In this document: piece after piece, positions 36,271 through 47,899 of the stretch
Layout of the letters: each line of letters starts with the position of its first letter
How positions within the stretch are numbered: position 1 is the stretch's first letter
Assembly: GCF_035084215.1 (NCBI RefSeq)
Contig: NC_090358.1
Location: forward strand, 27,280,001-27,344,000
Source of the DNA: Heptranchias perlo
Taxonomy: Eukaryota
Length of the DNA: 64,000 nucleotides
Reading direction: 5' to 3'
Position numbers and translations under genes: made by a program
Notes under the pieces: generated by a model
Database searches by the model: none
Told to the model about the DNA's origin: nothing
What the model saw: the letters and a program-made list of their open reading frames with translations, nothing else

Positions 36271-37376
36271 GGGCCTGTAACTAGTGAAGATCTGCTGTAA
36301 GGAGTTTTCTTTGGGGAAATATTCTTACCGTAGGGTAAGAATGCTATTGAAGGTTCTTTCACACATTAGCTGTTTAATACATACAGAAGACTGTTTTAAA
36401 ATTGTAAAAAGGTCAAGAATCATCTGTTTAAAGATTACTAAAATTCATTTAATGAAGTCATACATTTCATATGAAGGGTTATTGCAAGGGAAGTAACCAA
36501 GACTGCATAAATCCCATTAGAAAAAATAGAAGTTAATTGGAGATCCAAAAATGTGACACTGACAATTATCTTCATAAAAAATTGCTTTAAGATGGGCTTA
36601 TCACTAGTACAGTTCTACTGTTAAAAGCTCACTAATAATCACTGAGGTTAACTTCTTACTGCGAAGATCAACATACACCTTAATGGAGAAAAGCTGAGCC
36701 ATTCACAAAGTGTTCTAATGCCATAAATTGGTTTCACTCTACACATAATACTCATTTATACCCCGAATCTTATGTTACAGTTTCTAACTTCCTAACATTT
36801 TCCTTAATCCTCATTTAATTTTTTCCCTTTCTATTCCCTTTTCTTTTTCTTACCTCTTCCTTCCCTTTCTTCCCTCTCTTTTAATAGATCTTCCCTTCTT
36901 CTCTTTTTGCTTTCTTCCCCTTTTCCCTCTTCCCATTATTGGTTGTGGACTGAAGGTTGAGTAAACATACAACAATTCATACATTCCTTCTCCATTTATT
37001 ACCATACTATATTAACTATATTTTAAAATCAGATTGACAAGAAAAATGCAACAGCAAAAAATACAAATACCTTACTCCGTATTACAAGTTACAGTAGCTC
37101 TTAGTTATAAATAGTTATTTGATAATGAGCTAAAAAAGTGTTCTATAACTGGGATTTTCATAAGAGTAGGATCCCTTTAATTTTCATTATTTGCAATGTA
37201 CTTTTTTTGGAGACTGCGAGTGGGCAAGAATAACTATCGATTGTAGAATTCCCAACTTTGTAAAAATCCATATTAAAGATTGTATTTTAGTGATTGCTAT
37301 GAGGTCAGATTGACCTGCAGTGTCATTGGCTGCATTCCATCGTCTCTAGGATACAGCAACCAATATCAGTGGCCCC
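36271..37376. mobile_element. Possible old DNA-transposon-like element with pyrimidine-rich core
   Basis: GGGCC...GGCCCC ends, an internal small palindrome ATTCTTACC-GTAG-GGTAAGAAT, and a CT-rich tract at 36800-36940. Confidence 0.25.
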
Positions 37377-37544
37377 AAAGCAACATCCGGAGGTACTAAC
37401 CTATGAACATGTTGGCAGAAAATGCTTTGCTCTGCTGTTTTAGTAGATGTGACAAATCAAACACCTCCAGTAAAATAGAGTAAAGAATTTCAAACAAACG
37501 TGTTAAAACATTTGTATCCTAGTACCCCATGGATCGAACTTCAG

Positions 37545-38072
37545 GGCCTTACCTAAGAAAGGATATACTTGCCATAGAGGGAGTGCAGCAAAGGTTCATC
37601 AGACTGATTCCTGGGATGGCAGGACTGTCGTATGAGGAGAGATTGGGTCGACTCGGCCTGTATTCACTCGAGTTTAGAAGAATGAGAGGGGATCTCATTG
37701 AAACATATAAAATTCTGACAGGGCTAGACAGACTGGATGCAGGGAGGATGTTTCCCCTGGCTTGGGGGGGGTCCAGAACGAGGGGTCACAGTCTCAGGAT
37801 ACGGGGTAGGACATTTAGGACTGAGATGAGGAGAAAGTTCTTCACTCAGAGGATGGTGAACCTGTGGAATTCTCTACCACAGAAGGCTGTGGAGGCCAAG
37901 TCACTGAATATTTTTAAGAAGGAGATAGATAGATTTCTAGACACAAAAGGCATCAAGGGACATGGGAAGAGAGCGGGAATATGGTATTGAGATAGAGGAT
38001 CAGCCATGATCATACTGAATGGCGGAGCAGGCTCGATGGGCCGAATGGCCTACTCCTGCTCCTATTTTCTCT
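37545..38072 (+). mobile_element. Young CR1 3' fragment
   Basis: Intact ORF 37529..37990 (PYLRKDILAIEGVQQRFIRLIPG...NLWNSLPQKAV) plus tail. Confidence 0.95.
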
Positions 38073-40316
38073 GTTTAATTTGATGAGAACTACAGATCTA
38101 AGGAAACACCAAAAAACCCAAGATATTAACTAATGGAAAACATCTGAAAACAAAATAATTGACTAGCTTAAAGTGGTTTTATAAAGGGGCAAAAACATGT
38201 ACCTGTTATTGTACCGCTTTAATTGGTTTTTACTTTTGACCGTCCTGCACCCAAAGAAGATGAGGAATGGAAATGTGTGAATATGGAGCAATTGTGATGG
38301 AACCGACAGACATGGGAGCATTAACAAGTGGTGGGTGGGGTAGGAGGAGAAGCTGTACTCCCAATCACTTAAAGGTAAAGCTCCAACCCAGCAGCATACT
38401 TTTGTAATTGAGAGCCAACAGGCTTCCTTGTTAAAATCCTTATTCAGCTGCAGGATGGAACAAAGCAGGAGGCTCCATGAATTCAAGAACAGAAGCTAGG
38501 AATGAAAGCAATTGCTATAGCAGCATTGCTAATTTCAGTCATGTGGTTAACTTCAGACGTTTATGACTGGGTATTACTTATGGCACATTGCTACTTTGTA
38601 AAAGGTATTGCCCAAGATTTCCTTTACCATCAGATTTAAAGGTTCCAACCCCTTTACGTATTTGCTATTTCAAGATCACATAGGAATAAGGGACCTGGAC
38701 TCAAAACTGTGCAAAGCATCCTCTGGACAAAAACATTACTGGTTTCTATTTGCCCAATTCTTTCCCATACCATATGTCTACAACATTTTCATTTATGCTG
38801 AACTGAACATTTTTAATATTCCTCTCTCTTGCATTCAAACCTTAGGAGTACTGTACAGCATTACTATGCTTTCTTAACCGTCATTCCCATATTGGCACTG
38901 TCTTAGATCCAATGGTACCAAGTCATACTTGGGTACTTCAATTGTTCAACTGACTTTTACCTCAACTTACCTGATCAGCAGTTAAGCTACGTTTTTAAAA
39001 AAGAAATTCATTCTTGGGATATGGGAGTCACTGGCAAGGCCAGTATTTATTGCCCATCCCTAGTTTCCTTTGAGAAGATGGTGGTGATCCGCCTTCTTGA
39101 ACAGCAGCAGTCCGTGTGGTGAAGGTGCTCCCATAGTGCTCTCAGATAGGGAGTTTCAGGATTTTGACCCAGCGACAATGAAGGAACAGCAATATATGTC
39201 CAAATCAGGGTGGTGCGAGACTTGGAGGTGATTGTGCTCCCACGCGCCTGATGTCTTTGTCCTTCTCGGGGGTAGGGGTCGCGGGTTTTGGAGGTGCTGT
39301 CGAAGAAGCCTTGGTGAGTACCTGCAGTGCATCCTGTAGATACTACACACTGCAGCCACAATCGAGGAGTGGATGTTTGAGGTGGTGGATGGGCTGCGGT
39401 TTTGTCCTGGATGGTGCCAAGTATCTTGAGCGTTGTTCCAGCTGCACACATCCAGGCAAGTGGAGTATTCCATCGCGCTGCTTACTTGTGCCTAGTCGGT
39501 GGCGGGGAGGCTTTGGGGAGTCAGGTGAGCCACAGAACACCCAGCCTCGGACCTGCTCTAGTAGTCACGGCATTTACGTGGCTGGTCCAGTTCAGTTTCT
39601 GGTCAATGGTGACCCCCAGAACGTTGATGGTGGGGGATTCGGCGATGGTATTGCCATCGAATGTCATGGGGAGGTGGTTAGACTCTTTTGTTGCAGATGG
39701 TCATTGCCTGGCACTTGTGGTGCAAATGTTACTTGCCTCTTATCAGCTCAAGCTTGGATGTTGTCCAGATCTTGCTGCACGCGGGCAGAGGCTGCTTCAT
39801 TATCTGAAGAATTGTGAATGGAGCTGAACACTGCAATCATCAGCTCCATTTCTGCTCTTATGATGGAGGGAAGGTCATTGATGAAGCACCTGCAGGTGTT
39901 TGGGCCTACGACGCTGCCCTGAGGAACTCCTGCAGTGATGCCATGGGGTTGAGATGATTGGCCTCCAAAAACCAACCATCTTCCTTTGTTCCAGGCACAA
40001 CTCCAGCCACTGGAGATTTTTCCCCAATTCCCACTGACTTTAGTTTTACAAGAGCTCCTTGGAGCCGCGTTGTGTCAAATGTTGCCTTGAGGTCAAGGGC
40101 AGTTACTCTGGCCTCACCTCTGGAATTCAGCTCTTTTGTCCATGTTTGGACAAAGACTGTAATGAGGTCAGGAGCTGAGTGGTCCTGGCGGAACCCAAAC
40201 TGAGCATCTGTGAGCAGGTTATTGGTGAGTAAGTGCCGCTTGATGCTCCTTCCATTGCTTTGCTGATAGGACAATAATTGGCCGTTGGATTTGTACTGCT
40301 TTTTGTGGACAGGACA

Positions 40317-40821
40317 AAGATATCTCTGGATTACTGCCAGTGCCAGGTACTAGAGAGTATAGGAATAGTAGGATAAGACAGGTTAATGCGTGGCTGGAGA
40401 AATGGTCAGGAGGGAGGGCTTCACATTCCTGGGGCATTGTGACCAGTTCTGGGGCAGGAGGAATCTGTTCAAGATGGACGGGTTGCACCTCAACAGAGCT
40501 GGGACCAATGTCCTCGGTTAACTAGTGCTATGGGGGAGGATTTAAACAAATTTGGCAGGGGCATGGGCACCAGGATGAAACATTAGAAAGGAGAAACAAG
40601 GTGCAGAGAAGATTGAGACACAAATAGCACTGGAGTAAAGAATAGTACAGAAATAGGAGGGATCAAAGAGGGAGCAAATGCTAGGCAGTATAAGATGAGT
40701 TTGGAGTGCATGTGCATAAATGCACGCAGCGTGGTGAATAAGGTTGGTGAGCTGCAGGCACAAGTCGCTACATAGGACTGATATAGTGGCAACAGAGATC
40801 TGGCTCAAAGAAGGGGAGGAT
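40317..40821 (+). mobile_element. Internal CR1 fragment (ORF1 end to ORF2 start) lacking a 3' tail
   Basis: IRQVNAWLEKW..., DGLHLN region and CMCINARSVVNKVGELQAQ, homologous to 32180-32680. Confidence 0.88.
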
Positions 40822-42571
40822 TGGGCAATTTTCCACATTGTCGGGTAGATGCCAGTGTTGTAGCTGTACTGGAACAGCTTGGCTAGAGGCATGGCTGGTT
40901 CTGGAGCACAAGTCTTTGGCACAACAGCCCAGATGTTGTCGGGACCCCTAGCCTTTGCTGTGTCCAGTGCACTCAGCAGGTGGAGTGAATTGAATTGGCT
41001 GAAGACTGGCTTCCGTGATGGTGTGGATATCAGGAGGAGGCTGGAGAAGGATCATTCACTCGGCACTTCTGGCTGAAAGTGGTTGTGAACGCTTCAGCCT
41101 TCTCTTTTACACTCACGTGCTGGGTTCCGCCATCATTAAGGATCGGGATGTTCAAGGAACCTCCTCCTCCTGTTAGTTGCTTAAGTGTCCACCATTATTC
41201 ACGACTGGATGCGCCAGGACTAAAGCTTTGATCTGACCCGTTGGTTGTGGGATTACTTAGCTCAGTCTATAGCATACTGCTTCCGCTGTTTAGCATCGCA
41301 TGTAGTCCTGTATTGTAGATTCATTAGTTTGGCACCTCATTTTCAGGTACGCCTGGTGCCGTTCCTGGCATGCTCCTCTATGCTCTGCATGGAACCAGGC
41401 TTGATGGTGATGGAGGAGTGAGGGGTATGCAGGGCCATGAGGTTACAGATTGTGGTGGAACACAATTCTGCTGCTGCTGATCGCTCAACGTCTCATGGAT
41501 GCCCAGTTTTGAGCTGCTAGATCTGTTTTTAAATCAATCCCTTTTATCATGGTGGTAGTGTCACATGACACAATGAAGGGTGGCCTCAGTGTGAAGACAG
41601 GACTTTGTCTCCACAAGGACTGTGCGGTGGTCTCTCCTAACAATACTGTCATGGACAGATTCATCTGCAGGTAGATTGGCGAGGACGAGGTCAAGTGTTG
41701 GTTCTCTCACTATCTGCCGCAAGACCAGTCTGGCAACTATATCCTTCAGGACTCTGCCAGCTTGGTCAGCGGTGGTATTACCAAGCCACTCTCGACGATT
41801 GACATTGAAGTCCCCCACCCAGAATACATTCTGTGCCCTTACAACCCTCAGTGCTTTCTCCAAGTGGCATTCAACATGGAGGAGTGCTGATCCATCAGCT
41901 GAGGGAGGGCAGTGGGTGGTAACCGGCAGGACATTTCCTTGCCCATGTTTGACCTGAAGCCATAGGGTCCAGAATCAATGTTGACTACTCACAGGGCCAC
42001 TCCTACCTGATTGGATACCACTGCGCCCCCACCTCTGGTGGGTCTGTCCTGCTGGTGGGACAGGAGATACCCAGGGACGGTGATGGAGGAGTCTGGGACA
42101 TTTGCTGATAAATACAGTTTTTTGAGAGTATAACTATGTCAGGCTGTTGCTCCACTAGTCTGTAGGACAGCTCTACCAACTTTGGCACCAGTCCCCAGAT
42201 GTTAGTGAAGCCAGGGTCGACTGGGCTGGGTGTGCCTTCGCCGTGTCCGAATCCAATGGCTAGTTCAAAGCAGCGGTCCATCCAGTTTTTTTGTTCTTAT
42301 CCATTTCTTTTTAGTGGTTTGATCAACAGCATAGCTTGCTAGGCCATTTCAGAGGTCATTTAAGAGTCAACCACATTGGTGTGGGACTGGAGTCACATAT
42401 AAGCAGGTTTCCTTCCCTAAAAAGGACATTTGTGAACCAGTTAGGTTTTTACAACAATCCAACAGCTTCATGGTCACTTTTACTGACATCAGCTTTTTAT
42501 TCCAGATTTATTTAGTTTTTAAAAAACTGAATTCAAATTCACAAACTTCCGTGGTTGGATTTGAACTCACA

Positions 42572-43243
42572 TTAACAGGTACAGCAAGCAATTAGGAAGG
42601 CAAATGGAATGTTGGCCTTTATTGCAAGGGGGTTGGAGTACAAGAGCAAGGAAGTCTTGCTGCAATTGTACAGGGGATTTGGTGAGACCACACCTGGAGT
42701 ACGGTGTACAGTTTTGATCTCCTTACCTTTGGAAGGATATACTTGCCTTAGAGATGGTACAATGAAGGTTCACCAGATTAATTCCTGGGATGAGAGGTTG
42801 TCCTATGAGGAGAGATTGAGTAGAATGGGCCTATACTCTCTGGAGTTTAGAAGAATGAGAGGTGATCTCAATGAAACATAAGATTCTGAGGGGGCTTGAC
42901 AGGGTAAATGCTGAGAGGCTGTTTCCTGTAGCTGGAGAGTCTAGAACCAGGTGGCAGAGTCTCGGGATAAGGGATCGGCCATTTAGGACCGAAATGAGAA
43001 GAAATTTCTTCACTTAGAGGGTTGTGAATCTTTGAAATTCTCTACCCCAGAGGGCTGTGGATGCTCAGTCGTAGTGTATTCAAGACTGAGATCAATAGAT
43101 TTTGGGACTCTAAGGGAACCAAGGGATATGGGGATCGAACAGGAAAGTGAATTTGAGGTCGAAGATCAGCCATGATCTTACTGAATGGCAGAGCAGGCTC
43201 GAGGGGCCGTGTGGCCTACTCCTGCTCCTATTTCTTATGTTCA
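42572..43243 (+). mobile_element. CR1 3' fragment inserted in the tRNA-like head of the family B element
   Basis: QVQQAIRKANGMLAFIARGLEYKSKEVLLQLY...; tail CCTACTCCTGCTCCTATTTCTTATGTTC. Confidence 0.92.
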
Positions 43244-45214
43244 TATCTCTGGATTATTAATCCAGGCGTCTGGATTACTAGTCCAGTAACATAACCAATT
43301 GTTCCACTCGAACAGATTTGTAAATGAGAAAGGAAACATCTCAGGATTTATAACTTGAGAACATTTGCCAGAACAATATTTCCTACCAAAGGTTTAGCAG
43401 CAAAAGACATGAATCCTTTCTATTCGTAATAAATTTTAGAAGCATAGCCTGTTACGGCAGCGTTGAAGCAGAGGTAAAACCTGGGAAAAGAACATGTACA
43501 CAGCAGTCTGGCTACTCGATGTCTGCAAGAACATACCGCACGAAAGTCAGAAGAACATCTTCAGTTTGCCTTACTGGACAGCAAAGGCTGAACAAACTTT
43601 CCACTTATTAAATCTTCAGAGATTCTCTGTTTACATTTTCTTGCTGCAATTTGCAGCTCCAGGGCCAACTTTTATCATTTAAAAGAATCTGAATTTTGCC
43701 CAAGATACCCCAATATCCTTTGAACAGCATGGATACTGGGTTGCTAAAGGTTGCTTTCCATTGAAGGTGGTGGCTGGGGAAAGCAATGCTCTTGTTTTTC
43801 TTCGTTATTCTCAGTCAATTCCCCTAGTTGGGCAGGAAGTGCTATATTTTGTTATTTTTACACCCAATTGTTAGTGGGTATTGTATTAAAGTCAAAAACA
43901 TTTTCACATTAAACTTTAAAACTGAAATTGAAAATAAAGATTGCATCGACAATAGCATAAAACAGAACAGATCTCTCTCCATTCCACTTTTGTTCAAGAT
44001 AATTTCATATGAGGTTTCAAATAGCAATTTTTCAAAAAAACAATTTGTACAAATTCCAATATTAAGGGCTATTTTTAAAAAAATCTAAAATCCACTAAAT
44101 GAGTCTGCAGAAGAAATAGCTGTCCCATCATTTGCGACAAATCATTTTTAAACTTAGAGCCATGTTATTTGTGCACTATTGAGGGTTCTAATCTAATTAA
44201 CAGTCAGTGTTCAAAAACACAATTCAGATGCAAAAATGCTTCAAACTGCACAAGAATTCCAGAGTCTATCACTTATCAGGCTGTATTACCCCAATAACTT
44301 AGCACTTGCTTAACCACTTCTGTCATCCAGACTGAGAATAATTTGACTTTATTACTGCATAACATTTTGCAAGAATAATGTGAATAAATATTATTCACAA
44401 AGCAGTCATCAAATTGGTAGTTGTGTATATATCTATCTTTAAACAGATGAAATTTACAGTTGCAAACCACTACACAAAAGTTTGCAGGATATGAGAGTCT
44501 GGGCAGTGACTCGTCCCAATCTTGTTGTCAGCCATCAATACATGCCAGCACGAGTGAGTAGATTGCAATGGGGCAGAAATTTCCCCCCCTCCTGCTTTCT
44601 AGCTTGGGGAGACAGGAGAGCAATAGTACCCTTCCCTGTGTCCTGGTTGAGATCAGCTAATTCTATGCAGAATATGGATCAGAGCCAAGGCCTCACTATC
44701 AGACCACCAAGTGCTTTTACTCACTTAGGACATGGAGTTGTTTTTTAAAAAATTACCTTAAGTTAGACAAGAAGGAAATTAACAAAATGTCACAAGAAAA
44801 TGAACTGATTCAGAGATTCCATAAACTTCATAGAGTGCACACCATTTAAAGCTAAATTCTTCAACAGGCAATACAGTTGCTCAGTTTTATCTACGTGGGT
44901 TAATTTTGTTAAAAACCTTAATTTAAGATTTAGTAACTAGGTTATATTTAACTTGTGTATACTGCAATACCCCACTCGACAAAAGCAGAATTCTTTACCT
45001 AAAGAGATTTGCACATTAAGTTAAAAAGCTTTCAGGAAGGTTTTTTTTAGGGATGAGGATGGGGCAGAATTAAAGGGTAAAAAGCACAAAACTATTGAAT
45101 TTAGAGAAGCTACGAAAATAAAAGTAGTCATAATTCTTTGGAAAGAGATAGACTCCTATTCCCAGGGTAAAGGCAACATATGGAAATTAGAACAAAACAT
45201 TGCTCCTGGAAAAG

Positions 45215-45850
45215 ATTTTCAGGCAAAAGCATGTAGCACCAACATTCCATCAGTAGGGCTGATGCTCTGCCACTGATGAAGGAGCAGAGGGAGGGGAGGC
45301 AACAGAGAAGTGAAGGGCACAACCCCCAAGGCTGGAGGTAGTTGTAAAGGTATAGCATAAGGCATTGTAAATAAAGGCAATGATTTGATTTTGCTGCACT
45401 GGATGACAGGGTGCCAGAAGTTATGGGAACAGTGGCAATGCGTGAGCAGGACTTGGTGTGGGACAGAATGCAGGCTGTGGAATTTTGGACAAGTTAGGAG
45501 GTGGCGGAGAGTGAAGTTCAGGAGGACGGTGAACAGGACACTGGAAAAACTGAGCTTTAAAAAAAGATAACCAAAACACACATTAGGGTTTCAGTGGCAG
45601 TGAGGGGGAGGTAGGGCAGAAGCATGCAATGTTAGAGGTGGAAACAAGTGGTCTCGATGAATGGAATGAGGTTTGCCTGAGCAAATGCTGGGGAGCGGAA
45701 TGGAGTCAGGGGGAAAGTTGTGGAGAGGTCAGGTTGAAGGCCCCATATGTATGTGTGGGATTATCCATGTCCTAGGGTGAATCTGGAGAGGGGGAGATAG
45801 AAAACTGCTCAACGTGGTCAAGCTAGATCTGACCATACATAAGTAGCCAG
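45215..45850 (-). mobile_element. Ancient L2-like 3' remnant
   Basis: Degenerate reverse of L2 3' motifs (ATTCCATCAGTAGGGC, GGCTGGAGGTAGTTGTA, GTTTCAGTGGCAGTGAGG). Confidence 0.5.
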
Positions 45851-46404
45851 TCATTTTCAGATTGGAGGATGTTGGTGAGAATTATACCCACTCAAAGGGC
45901 AGGGAGAGAGAGAGAGAATGGCTTGGAGGGATGAGGGGATTAAAGACAGAACCAAAGGAGCTGTTGAGTAACAGCATTGTGGTGAGCAGAGAATCAGATA
46001 TAGAAAAACATGGGTCGACTATTCAGCCGTTCTGGATAAGGGGCTGGCATACAGATGTTGCATCCCGTGATCTAATGCAAAAGTATCTAAAATATCTGCC
46101 CTACTCAACAGTACAAGAACAGAACAGGACCAATAGAAACCAGTAAGTATACACATCTCCCTTTGTAAGAGTCAGGTAACTAATCACTTACTAACTTTTA
46201 GAATAAACTGACTTAATACGATTGTTAACAAGCACACTTGCTAATTATGAAAATTTACTAATATAGTTTACTGCATAAATACATACTTGATTTTCATATT
46301 TTTGATTAGGTGAAAAACATAGTTCAGTTCCTGACATTCCTTATTGTGACAAACAGTGCCTAGAGTTTCACATAAATTACCCAGTAGCTAAGTTGCTCAA
46401 TTAC

Positions 46405-46516
46405 CTTGATTGGCCAGATGTGGAGGAGGAGGAGAATGATGATGGTACTTCTCGGGGGTTCCCTTCTGTGCATTGAACAGGATACACTTCTGTTAAACTG
46501 CTCAAATTGGCAGATG
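46405..46516 (-). CDS. ZFAND6: ZFAND6 coding exon 2 (112 nt; ASANLSSLTEVYPVQCTEGNPREVPSSFSSSSTSGQSR)
   Basis: Acceptor ctgttcttgtacAG, donor CAAG|GTAATT, phase 1-2. SSLxExxPVQCTxG matches the ZFAND6 linker. Confidence 0.93.
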
Positions 46517-46677
46517 CTGTACAAGAACAGATAAATAAATTATACTGTGCAGACCTCTTCACATGCAGTATTGTGAAGGAGGTTAATATAGTGTTGCTAT
46601 TATAATAGCGTCTACTCTTCATACTCGTGATCCCGGTAATCATGAATAAGGGCAGCCGGATGGTTAAATGGTTAGTG

Positions 46678-47110
46678 TCAGCCTCGGCTCAGTGGCAGCA
46701 CTCTTGCCTCCGAGCCACAAGGTCGTGGGTTCAAGTCCCACTCGACACTTGAGCACATAATCTAGGCTGACACTTCAGTGCAGTACTGAGGGAGTGCTGC
46801 ACTGTCTGAGGTGCTGTCTTTCAGATGAGATGTTAAACCGTGGCTTTGCCTGCCCTCTCAGGTGGATGTAAAAGATCCCGTGGCACTACTCAAAAGATAG
46901 CAGGGGAGCTCTCCCTGGTGTCCTGGTCAATATTTATCCCTGAACCAACATCATTATCTCATTGCTGCTTGTGGGATCTTGCTGTGCGCATATTGGCTGC
47001 CGTGTTTCCTACATTACAACAGTGACTACACTTCATAAGTATTTAATTGGCTGTAAAGCACTTTAGGACATCCTGAAGTTGTGAAAGGTGCTATATAAAT
47101 TCAAGTTCTT
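46678..47110 (+). mobile_element. DeuSINE, near full length
   Basis: GGCTCAGTGGCAGCA...GGTTCAAGTCC head, Deu core, tail GGTGCTATATAAATTCAAG. Confidence 0.85.
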
Positions 47111-47899
47111 TTTGTTTAAATATACTGATTCTTACTAGTGAGCAAATATATTTTAGAGTAAAGCTAGTGCTAGCTCAGTTAAAAGTGTGTAAATTTCATT
47201 ACAGAAACACTAATTTTTTTGAAAGCATGCACTTTAAAGTCAGTTGCTGCAATGAAGAATGAACATTTGATGGGATTGGACAGCACAGATGTAGGTACAT
47301 ACTTTCCAACTTCTATTCGGGGAGTTACCAAACTCAATCATGTAGTCAAGAGAAAATACTGAGCAGATGTCACATATTTCACCACAGGAAGCAAGAGAGG
47401 CTGGTGGGGAATGGAAGGACCCAAAGTTGGTGTCTTTACACACATCTTCCAATGGCCAGCGACACTGCCAAAAGGCCCACCTGAGAGTCACTCAGCCTCT
47501 GGCAAAAAGGCAGAACAAACAGCAACCAATTCTCAAACTGGATGGATCTTTGTCAATTGGTTTTCTTTCTATAATAATAGATTGCTTCACGTAATTTTCT
47601 GATTAAACCACAAAAATGGAGTTGTTGAATCCTTTTATATGCTATTGGCCAACCAATTTATTTTTTTAGTAAAGCTAAGAACTAGGGAGATTTAAAAAAA
47701 ACAAACAGCAAAAAAGGTTAAAAGCTGGAAGTGGTAGTGAAAGTTATAAAAGGATGTTTAATATTACTGCTGGGGATTTGGAAGGCGGCCTAAGAACGCT
47801 GCGCTCCCAAATTTATCTTCCGAGTCACACCATTGGTCTCCCTTGAGAACCTGCAAAGTGTTTTCCAAGGTACCCTTAAACTTGAAGACTGCCAGAGCA

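Larger units (their letters stand above)
38992..43306 (-). mobile_element. Near full-length family B LINE with tRNA-derived / Meta-domain-like 5' end, interrupted by two CR1 pieces
   Basis: Head A-box region 43245-43306, B box GAGTTCAAATCC 42557-42568, Meta-like domain ~42335-42480. EN motifs: TNIWGL..QPDIVIL, VGDFNV, TLDLVL. RT motifs: QFGFRQ, ALDLKATFD, GVPQGSVVGP. Tail at ~39000. Confidence 0.82.
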
